Assembly (NCBI GenBank): GCA_024235175.1
Contig: JACKMX010000009.1
Coordinates: forward strand, 32,704-96,703
Reading direction: 5' to 3'
DNA length: 64,000 nucleotides
Source of the DNA: Chromatiaceae bacterium
Lineage (GTDB): Bacteria > Pseudomonadota > Gammaproteobacteria > Chromatiales > Chromatiaceae
This document shows, piece after piece, positions 55,102 through 64,000 of the stretch. The notes beneath the pieces were generated by a model. The model worked only from the letters and a program-made list of their open reading frames with translations, was not told the origin of the DNA and did not search any database. A program made the position numbers and the translations under genes. Numbering within the stretch: position 1 is the stretch's first letter; each line of letters begins with the position of its first letter.

Positions 55102-58100
55102 TTGACCGGAACAGCATCCAGTCCAGCAGCGAGTGGCCCGGCCGGCTCACATTTTGAAGGGCAGGTCGGCGCTTATTACCTGCTGTCTATGCTGGCGGGC
55201 GCGGAACCGCGCGGACTGCCCGGCACGAATATTGAGCGTGTCGAATTCCAGCGAGCCGCCGAGGGACATCCACTCGATGACGTGATTGTCTATGCCTATG
55301 ACGGACGGTCTGCAGCCGTCCTCGAAATACAAGTAAAACGGGCTATCACATTTACACCGGGAGATACTGTCTTCAAGGCAGTCGCCGACCAGATCGCCGA
55401 AGCCTCTCGAAAACCGGAATTCGATGCCTCCCGGTACGAACTCGCGATTGCCACGTCCCGGTCCTCGCAGAAGATCGACGGTCCGTATCAGGATGTTCTG
55501 ACTTGGGCGCGTCAAATCGGCGATGCAGCGACGTTCGCGGCTCGCATCGAACGAAAAGGTTCGGCGAATGACGACATGCGGCGCTTTGTGAACACATTCA
55601 GGACGCATTTGGGGAATGCCGGCGTCTCGACCGATGACGAGAATGTCTGGCGGCTTCTGCGTCGCCTTCACATCCTCGTCTTTGATTTCACGGCCCCCGG
55701 TTCGGCTTCCAGGGAACTGGCGCTTGAGCGTACCGTCTCCGTGTTGCATAGCGACGACGCATCACGCGGAGCCGAACTGTGGTCTGTTCTGATTGAGACA
55801 GCGATCGAGACCGCTGCCAGCGGTGGTGATCGTAACCGCGAGACCCTTGCAGGCGAACTCGTTCAAAGATCCTTCATATTATCTGGAGAACGCCGCTTCA
55901 GCTCAGCGCGTGCCGCCATTGCGGAAGCATCGCGGCACGCTCTTGACGATATACACGACCGCGTCGGCGATGCGATGCTCACGCGGCATGCTCAGGTCGC
56001 CGAGGTTCGGGAAGCTCTCGATCACGGGCGCTACGTCGAGATACGCGGTGACGCCGGTGTTGGAAAGTCCGGTGTACTGAAGCATTTCGCACGGCAAATC
56101 CAAGACGAAACGCAGGTACTTGTATTGAGTCCGACTCGAACGCTTCCTGGTGGCTGGCTAGCCATGCGCGGAACTCTCGGCTTCGACGGGTCCGCTCGGG
56201 AGCTGCTGTCGGATATGGCGGGCGACGGCGCAGCAATAGTCTTTATCGATAACCTGGACTTCTTTTCCGAAGATAAACGAACGACAGTACGGGATCTTGT
56301 TCGCGAAGCCTCGGAGATACCTGGCGTATCCGTGATTGCAACGGTGCGGCGCGATTTCGGCAAAGATGAACAGAACTGGCTGCCGAAGGAAGCGCTTTCT
56401 CGCCTGGGAAATGCGACTCCAGTCGTAATCCAAGAGCTGGGAGATGCAGAGGTAGACGAATTGCGCTCGCTGGCTCCCGGTCTAATCCCGTTGCTCGCCG
56501 AATCTCACCCGGCACGCGATGTGACACGGAACCTCTTTCGGCTGGATCGCCTTGCAAGCCTCGGCGGCGACGAACCTGTGCCGCGAACTGAATTCGAGAT
56601 GGCACGGCAATGGTGGCTGTCCGCCGACGGTCATCAAGATGCCAAGCACCGCGAGCGCCGCCGGCTGCTAAAGAAGCTTGCCGAACAGGCTATCTCTCAA
56701 GTGGAGCCATTCGACGTGAGCGACGAGCCCGCGCCGGTCGTCGATGCGCTGGTTGCCAGCGAGACGCTGCGTGACCTTGACGGCGACAAGGTCACGTTCC
56801 GTCACGATGTACTGCGTGAATGGGCGATTGCGAACCTGCTGTACGATGATCTGTCGTTGATCTATACGCTACCCCTGCAACATCCTGCGCCGCCAGCGCT
56901 CGCGCGGGGCACCGAACTCGCGGCACGCGCAACCCTTGAGCTTGCCGCTGACAGCGCGGGCTGGCAATCGTTGCTCGAATCGCTCAACCGAGACGGTATT
57001 CACGGCTCGTGGCGCCGCGCCGCGTTGCTCGCGCTCGTGCGTTCCGAGCGTGCTGGCAACCTGCTGCAATCCGCCTCGGCATATCTCTTTTCGGATAACG
57101 CGCGCGTTCTTCGTGAACTTCTCCGGACAGTCATTGCTGTTGAGGTACAACCGGCCAACCCTCTGTTGACTGCCCTGGGCCTTGATCCCGATACGATACC
57201 GGCAGGTCTCAGTTTTCCGACCAGTCCTTCCTGGCTTCGCCTGATCGGCTGGCTGCTTACGCTTGGTGACGCACTTCCCAACGCAGCGATTCCCGATATC
57301 GTAGATCTATACACGACATGGTCGGGCGGGATGTTCGGCCAGGACCCCCTCACACCCTCGGTCCTTCATTCTCTCTATCGCTGGCTGACGGAGATCGAAT
57401 CTGCCCGCGAGGGCAGGACATTCACAGACTTTCGCACACCGTTCGACGGCGAGATCGAGCATGAGCAGCTTCGCACGCTGGAGTCCGAACTTCGAGCCTA
57501 TTTTCTCGTGTTCAGCAACCGCGTCCCGGAACTCGCCGCGCAATATCTTCGAGAACTGGGGCAACGCTGCCATAGCGAGGAAGCAAAATTTGGTGTTGTT
57601 CAGTCCAGTGGCACGCTTGCGCAAGCGGCGCCGCATGAACTCGCGGAACTGACGCTTGCAGCACTCATCCCGGAACCTGATCCTGACGACGGGTATTACC
57701 GTGAGGAATACCGAAAGCCTTTTGACTGGCACGACAGCGACCTCCTTCCAGCGTCCCCGGCGCAAGGACCATTCTTCGCGCTGCTGACGCACGCTCCGGC
57801 AGAAGGGAAGAGAGTTGTCGACCGGCTCGTAGAGCACGCCGTCTTCTTTTATACCGATGGACGTGATCCTGGTGACAACACGATTGATGTAGAACTGAGC
57901 GGTGGCGTGCGCAGCTTTCCCTGGATGCGCACCTATACATGGTCGCGGGAGGGCGCGGGTAAACTGCCTGACTTCTGCGCTCATGGCGCTCGAAGCATGG
58001 GCGCATCACAGGATCGAAGCCGAGGAGGACTTCGAGGCTGTGCTTGCCGACATACTCGGCCCACCGGGCTCTCCGGCCGCCTACTTGCTCGTTGCTGTTG

Positions 58101-60262
58101 ATCTCATACTCTCGCACTGGCCGAAATCCCGCGAGGCAGCTATACCGTTTCTCGCGAGTCCCGAACTCCTGTGTATCGATCGTCAGCGTTTAGTCCACGA
58201 CAACTTAGAGGTTCCCGACATTCTCGGCATTAAGGATCTGCAAAGGGAGCCCAAGGGAACGGTTGATCTGGACAGCCTGAAGAAACGTCATTCAAGGCGT
58301 GCGTCCCTTGACAACGCCCTTTGGCACTACGCGGTCTTCGCCCCTCCTGAACAAAGGGAGATACTGGCCGGACTTCTCCGCCAGTCCGCAGACCGGCTTG
58401 GCCAGCCTGAGGCATCCTCTGACTTAGGCGATCCGGCATTGATGGCCGTACATGCCCTGAATCAGATCGATCCGGCCAACTGGAAAGAAATACCTGTAGA
58501 GCTTGAGGACGGCTCAGTCGGAACCGGACATCAATATATCCCGCCACCTGCTGAGGCTGCGCATTTCGCCGCATTTGAAGAGGATGTCCGGAACAACACC
58601 GAAACGGCGAACATGCAAGCGTATCTGGGGCTTATTCTCGACAACCCCACCCGATCATCGCCGGAAGGCGCTTCCGCGGTTGTACATTGGGCGCAGGACA
58701 ACGAGTCTGCTCCCGAGGATGGTGAAGAAGACACGGCATGGATACGCGAGCAGGCGATTCTGGCGGCTGCAATGAGTGCGATGCGTGACGGGGACGACAC
58801 GCTGAGGCGGGAGAGCGCCGAATGGGCGCAGGGTGTATTCGCGCAAGCCCTTGCGCAAGAAGAGGACCACGTGCATCGGAGCCGTGGCGGGTTACGCTTC
58901 AACCCGCCGGGGATTGCGTTCGTGGGCATGGTTCATGCCGTGAAGCACGGCGTCACGACACTGACTCTCCGGGATCTGCTTGACATTGCGGCCAGCGGCA
59001 ACCCGGCCGCCGCACACGGCCTTCGTGCGTCTGCCGCAGCGGTCGCGGAAATCGACGAACGCCTGCCGCGCGCCTTGGTGCGTTGTGCCTTCGCATCGTG
59101 CGTTCGGCCGAATACGCGCTGGGACGCACCGGAGGACGAAGCAGGAGCATTGTCGAAGCGCCAACGCAAACACATGGACGGCGTCCTCCAGGCCGAAGCG
59201 GACTGGCTCACCGGCACAGGCGATGAACCGGACTGGCCGGAGTTTCCGCCGCAGATGCGACGGACCCGCCGTGTCTTTCGATTACCCGGCGGACGGGCGG
59301 AAGTTTCGCCATCCGTATCGGAACAAGAGCTGCCTGACATATACGTTGACCACCAGGCTGCGGCACTCTGGCTGAATGGAATCGGCAGCCTGTTTGACGT
59401 GACGGCGAATCCCTGGCTGCGCGAGGTTGCGCGCCATTACATGTCATGGACTGCTGGTGCAAACGGTGCGGGACTCGAAGCGCATGAAGAAATCACCGAC
59501 ACGCCTCATGAATGGAACGACGCGTTCCTCCATTTGCTCTCAGTTTCTCTGCCGGGCATGACCATGCCTGAAATACATAAGCAATTCGTAGAGCCGATAT
59601 GCTCTCTCCCAGACAAGCCGTTTTTCGATATTCTCGCGCCGCTTCTGAGAAGAATTGACGAGGTGTACTTCAACGCCTCCATCCTTGACGAATCCGTCGC
59701 GCTGCAGTTGCGCGCCGAATTCGCGGACAGAATGATGCAGGCAAGCGGCTGGCATTACCTAGCCGGAAAACGAGGCGCGTCAGTGGAGGTTCACATAGGT
59801 CCGGCTCTCAGTGCCCTGTTTTTCGGCGAGAGCGGTTTTGTCATCCAGCCCCGGAGCTACCTGCTATCCAAGGCTGTAGACCGCCTTGGTCCGTTCTTGC
59901 CTGTGCTCAGCAAACTCATTAACAACGCTCCATCCCTTCCGGTCGCGACTGTCACAGTCAATCTGCTGGAGGTATCGCCCAGACCGCAGCATCTTGCCTT
60001 CGTCATCGATGCAGCCAAGACGTGGCTGGAAGCCTTTCCGGATGACAGCGACTTCTGGGTCGATTATGGAATCGGGCGTCGGATATGCGTGTGGCTCGAA
60101 GCTATCTTGCAGCAAGACCCGGATCTGCTCGCGAGTACAAGTTCCTTGCACGACAACGTTGATCGAATCCTGTCCGCCCTGGTTAGTCTCGGCATTGCTG
60201 AGGCTCACCGCCTTGAAGAGGCCATGACCACCGCGTCCGCAAAAAGCTCGACGGAAAAGTGA
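55102..60262 (+). pseudogene. Frameshifted giant gene: N-terminal PD-(D/E)xK-like nuclease domain, P-loop NTPase and a long helical C-terminal region (Avs/STAND-like)
   Basis: Two ORFs (55102-58101, TTG start; 57902-60262) overlap by 200 nt in adjacent frames. Protein-like sequence switches frame in the G-rich stretch around 57944-57964. Walker A GDAGVGKS is at 56047-56070 and Walker B-like AIVFIDNLD follows. The N-terminal strings are ...GSHFEGQVGAYYLLSML...LDDVIVYAY...LEIQVKR. Confidence 0.65.
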
Positions 60263-60461
60263 TGCACCAGTCTCTTAACTATCCTAGTGGTCCATCTATA
60301 TATGCCCCTCCCAATTCGTGCTAGCCTAGACTTAGTTGAGCTTGAGTATCCGTAAAGGTCCGATTCTGGCCGATTGCACGCATCCAATATTCCGCCAGAT
60401 TGCGGCCAGTCGATAGTCGGCAACACAATCAGACTCCCATCAACTAAGAAGGAGTCTGACA

Positions 60462-60973
60462 TGGAACCCCATCAAACTTGGGAACCCTGGAACAAAGGTA
60501 AGCTCGTTGGCCAAAAGCCACCACTCAAGCCGGTGGAGTCGACGACTGGCGCGGCAGCCACAGGTCAAGGGGAGTAGCTGTTGCCGGCGGCTTTCGCTTA
60601 ATGCCAGTGCCTCAGTCCAGACCATAGTCCCGTTTCCAGTCGCCGCTCGTCGCACCGGACATGCGGATCTCCCGCATCCGGCGCTCGGACGAGGTGTCAT
60701 GCCTTCGCCCACGGAAGATTACGCGTTCGCACCGACAGCCTTTGCAGCCCTAACGCGTCATAGAGATGCTCATCAGGGTAATGTGCGGTACCCTGACCCG
60801 GCCGCTTGTGTTTCTTGTATAACCATCGGCGCAGCCGTTCGGTCGCATGGCTGTCCACCGCACGGTAGGCTTTGCTGACCGGTCCCAGGGAGAATAAGCT
60901 GGAGAGCACCGTCCGGTACCTCGGGATCGAGGTCGATGACGCACTGGAGATTTCGGAGCAGACCGAGATCTAG
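60462..60973 (+). pseudogene. Remnant of a tyrosine integrase gene (N-terminal ~26 codons and C-terminal ~26 codons only)
   Basis: MEPHQTWEPWNKGKLVGQKPPLKP... starts at 60462 and ...NKLESTVRYLGIEVDDALEISEQTEI* ends at 60973. These are the typical ends of one integrase family. The middle is replaced by antisense group II intron remains. Confidence 0.6.
60560..60909 (-). mobile_element. 3' fragment of a group II intron (C-terminus of the intron-encoded RT/maturase plus a domain V-like hairpin)
   Basis: The minus-strand translation ...FSLGPVSKAYRAVDSHATERLRRWLYKKHKRPGQGTAHYPDEHLYDALGLQRLSVRTRNLPWAKA* is the typical C-terminus of an intron-encoded protein. Downstream lies the hairpin CCGGATGCGG-GAGA-TCCGCAT-GT-CCGG (minus strand, about 60650-60680). 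Confidence 0.6.
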
Positions 60974-61054
60974 CAGGGTGGCCGCGGCCGCACGCAGGCG
61001 CCATGATGAGCTTCGTGCGGCCGCTTTCGGGCACGACGCCGAATGCGTGCAACC

Positions 61055-62664
61055 GGCCGATACTGTTGAAAAACTCGATGAGTGAAGTGCTGTTTTCTGC
61101 CCAGAGAAAGAGCTAAGGGGATGCATTCTTGTTTTCATGTCCCATTATCGCCCTTGATGAGGGTTTATAATGGTTAATCTTCGTGGTTTAGCCCTAAACA
61201 GGCGCAACTACCCTCTGATCGGGTGGTGACTGACCGCATAGCGCCACCATTCTTTTTAAGTTCTGTGCCGTTGCGGTCAACAGAAATTCATCATTGGCCC
61301 CTTTTAATCCGCGAAGCCGTAATCGATCTAGTTTGAAATTACGTTTCATGTGGGCAAACAGCATCTCTACTTTTTTTCGCTCGCAAGATGATTGCTTTTT
61401 AAATCGTTCGGTTTGATTAATCGCCCGAGCTACATCGCGCGAAGCTTCATAAATGCTACGAGTGACTTTTCGAGCCGATGTGTTGGGGCAACAGCAAAGC
61501 TTGTAATCACATTCCTCGCAATCATGTTTGCTGGCACGGTAGTTAATGGTATTGGCTTTTGTAATGCCTTTACGCTGATTTTTAAACGGACGCCGATAAT
61601 GTTGTAATCGTTTACCCGCAGGACATTGATACTGGTCAGCTTCATCCTCCCAGATAAAGTCTGTACGACTGAATGTTCCGTCATCACGCTACGATTTGTC
61701 ACAAACAGGGACGTGTGGCTCGATCCCTTTTTCTTCAACCAGGTAACCTAGCATACTGGCAGTCCCATAAGCGGTGTCACCCATAAGCCGCTTTGGTTTG
61801 AGTTTGCGGTTATCTTCAATGTGCTCTAGCAGCGTCTTTGTACTTTCAACTTCATCGGTACGAAAAGCGGGTGTGGCTTCCACGTTCAGAATGACCCCGT
61901 GTTCCACATCAATCATGTAGTTGGTGGAGTAGGCAAAGAATGCTGGGCTTTTGGCTGCGGTCCATCTTGCCATAGGATCGGTAAGGGAGATGCTCTGAGG
62001 CATATTTATCGTTGGGCCACTGTCCAGTGCTTCCAGGTATTCACGTACGGGACGTGACTGCTGCTTTGCTGGACCCCAGTCGATACGCTCTGTGCCGCGG
62101 ACGGCGCGCTGACGACTGACGTCGGCTTTTACCAGGCTGGCATCAATCGCAAAGCCCTCACCTTTGACTAGACCTTCACCCATGCAGCGTTGAACAACGG
62201 TTTCAAAGACGAAACGGAAAATATCACTCTCTCGATAACGACCATGGCGGTTTTTTGAAAAGGTGGAATGATCTGGAATGCTATCTTCGAGTCCTAAACG
62301 ACAAAACCAGCGGTAGGCTAGATTGAAATTGATTTCCTCACACAGTCGCCGCTCTGAACGGATACCGTAGCAATAGCCAACCAACAACATTCGAATCATT
62401 AATTCTGGATCGATTGATGGCCTGCCTGTATGGCTATAAAAGGAATGAAGGTGTCGGCGTATCTGATCGAAGTCTAGAAACTGATCTATTTGACGAAGAA
62501 GATGGTCGGGCGGAATATGACGTTCAAGGCAAAAATCATAAAACAAGGAGTTTTGTGCTGCGGGTAACTGCCCCATCATGAGTGCGCATCCTCATCGGCG
62601 ATAACACGCAGTAATTATCTCATATGTGCTGCTATCTAGAGGGAGTTTTTCAACAGAATCGGCC
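61055..62664 (-). mobile_element. IS1182/IS5-like insertion sequence, 1610 bp, with 22-bp terminal inverted repeats
   Basis: GGCCGATACTGTTGAAAAACTC (61055-61076) matches the reverse complement of 62643-62664 (GAGTTTTTCAACAGAATCGGCC) at 21 of 22 positions. Confidence 0.75.
61194..62579 (-). pseudogene. IS1182-family transposase interrupted by one in-frame TAG
   Basis: The 296-aa N-terminal ORF (62579-61689) reads ...DHLLRQIDQFLDF...TGRPSIDPELMIRMLLVGYCYGIRSERRLCEE.... After a TAG (plus-strand 61689-61691) the same frame continues for about 165 codons (RDDGTFSRTDFIWEDEADQYQCPAGKRL...LKRMVALCG...) to a stop at 61194-61196. Confidence 0.75.
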
Positions 62665-62984
62665 AGTAGCTGCCGGTCGCCGGGTGTCTGCCGACAGGCA
62701 GCTTAAAACGCATTGCGGACCTTGACTGGGGAAGCGGCAATGCCTGGAATCGATCCGAAGCGGCTGATCAATCATCCCGAAATAAATTCTTAGTGAACTA
62801 TCAATACAATCGCATTTGAAGAATTAACGATAATTGAGTATTCAGTGTCAGCTTTTTTTACAATTCTATGACTGCACTTAAAGAAATGGGTAATTAACCA
62901 CATGATATATATATATAATTCCTTTATTGCATAACTTTTGCATGTTTGTTAGGAGAGTTTTGATCCTGTAGGAGAAAATAACAA

Positions 62985-63626
62985 ATGAATAAACTTGTAA
63001 AGGCTTGTGCTGCAACAATCACAATCTTTGCGTTCTACCTATGTATGGTTTCGGTTTCTTACGCCTTGAGTATTGACTTTGAATCAGATACCGATGGTGA
63101 AGTGATCGATACAAAGTATGCACCAGACATGACGTTAAGCTCTTTTAGTAATACCGAGGGAACTTTGAGCACATTACCTACTGATTCCGGTAACGATGTG
63201 ATTGCTTCTAATTTTGGTTTAACTCTATTTCAAGCTGCAAGAGGAACAGGCGGCACTGAAGGGGTGCTAATAACTTTTGGCGACATCATGTCAAGTGTAA
63301 CGATTACTGGAATCGATACAGGTGGCGATCAAACTGATGATAATGAAACCATGTATTTGTCAGCTTTCAATAGTCTTGGAAACCTTCTCGTCGCACAAGC
63401 ATTCAGTGGGTTATGGGCTCAACCAAATTCTCGCGTTGGAACCTTGACAATAGACGGGATTAAGCACGTAGCGTTCACCTTTGGAAATACTACTAGAGGT
63501 GTTTATGGTATTGATTCAGTCGAGGCCACTGAAATGACAATTCCCGAACCAACGACCCTAGCTTTGATGGGCCTCGGCCTAGCCGGTATCGGCTACCAAC
63601 GGCGACGCAGTAAAAAAGCCGCATAA
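62985..63626 (+). CDS. PEP-CTERM sorting-domain protein
   Basis: It has a signal peptide (AATITIFAFYLCMVSVSYA). The C-terminal IPEPTTLALMGLGLAGIGYQRRRSKK gives the PEP motif, a TM helix and a basic tail. The gene and its leader are visibly AT-rich compared with the rest of the window. Confidence 0.85.
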   Translation: MNKLVKACAATITIFAFYLCMVSVSYALSIDFESDTDGEVIDTKYAPDMTLSSFSNTEGTLSTLPTDSGNDVIASNFGLTLFQAARGTGGTEGVLITFGDIMSSVTITGIDTGGDQTDDNETMYLSAFNSLGNLLVAQAFSGLWAQPNSRVGTLTIDGIKHVAFTFGNTTRGVYGIDSVEATEMTIPEPTTLALMGLGLAGIGYQRRRSKKAA

Positions 63627-63646
63627 GCAGTAATCCGAGACCCACA

Positions 63647-63690
63647 ATAACCCCGTTACGATTCGCCCTGGCGGGGTTTATTAGTGTTTG
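63647..63690 (+). terminator. Possible intrinsic terminator after the PEP-CTERM gene
   Basis: AACCCCG...CGGGGTT stem is followed by TTATTAGTGTTT. The loop is long, so the call is weak. Confidence 0.35.
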
Positions 63691-64000
63691 ATGTAAGTCT
63701 GCAACCGCTGAACAACGGTCTTTCCCCAGGTCGGTGCTGACCGGCAGCAGTGTGTCGTGAACGGCCCTCTGGTAAATCAAAAAGCCGCCACTCGAAGCAT
63801 TTTTCCGGCAACGTCCGGTAAGCGATTCGAAGCAGTCGCAGCTAGCTCTATTCGCCAGCGGCTGCTTTGGTTTAGGTTTGTAGGACAGCAGCGATCACGA
63901 CTCGCTGCCGGGGTTGTCCACCGCCAGCGGCTGCTGTCTAACAAAGCGCCAAGAACGAAACCGCGACGACTGTCGTGAGGGTAACGCTGATCCGCCAGGC

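Noticed and set aside
60355-60375. A second possible att-like match to the tRNA-Phe 3' region (CGATTCTG followed by GCC).
   Set aside because: Only an 8-mer matches, with a 5-nt gap relative to the tRNA. A match of this size is expected by chance in this much sequence.
63780-64000. Repeated CGCCAGCGGCTGCT (63853 and 63922) and small hairpins at the window end, plus the 73-aa ORF 63757-63978.
   Set aside because: There are only two short copies, I recognise no coding signal or structure, and the sequence is truncated by the window edge. This is too little evidence.
1-64000. CRISPR arrays, rRNA genes and additional tRNAs.
   Set aside because: I noticed no regularly spaced direct repeats with unique spacers, no rRNA-like conserved blocks, and no cloverleaf candidate other than tRNA-Phe at 43717-43792. 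This was a by-eye scan, so small RNAs could have been missed.

Overview
This is a 64-kb GC-rich chromosomal segment that looks gammaproteobacterial. Its contents, left to right, are listed below.

1. The 3' end of trkH.
2. An ~18.5-kb block (728-19206). It holds a minus-strand, translationally coupled operon of seven genes: a class-3 lipase, three giant proteins of 743-1632 aa with no motif I can name, a Kelch-type propeller protein, and two exported proteins. A convergent paralogue of the last gene sits next to it.
3. An IS110-family insertion.
4. A plus-strand cluster (21329-30367) of four exported di-haem (2 x CxxCH) CCP/MauG-like proteins and a lipoprotein.
5. An ECF sigma pair, a J-domain protein and an orphan sigma-54 response regulator.
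6. Envelope and housekeeping genes: DUF1244, SHOCT, two Met/His-rich membrane paralogues, a coiled-coil OmpA protein, DUF2007, AsmA, an Lpp-like lipoprotein, an L,D-transpeptidase, mutY and yggX.
7. tRNA-Phe, followed by an integrated island with integrase, a xis-like gene, a cI/cro-like switch, ParB-like, SPI-7/ICE-type replication genes, ParM and RadC.
8. A frameshifted ~1720-aa nuclease plus P-loop (Avs/STAND-like) gene.
9. Decayed integrase, group II intron and IS1182 remnants.
10. A low-GC PEP-CTERM gene.

I saw no rRNA gene and no CRISPR array. The best candidate for an undescribed system is the lipase-led giant-protein operon (2131-19206). It may be functionally tied to the divergently oriented haem cluster. 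All family assignments are motif recognition from memory; no database search was run.
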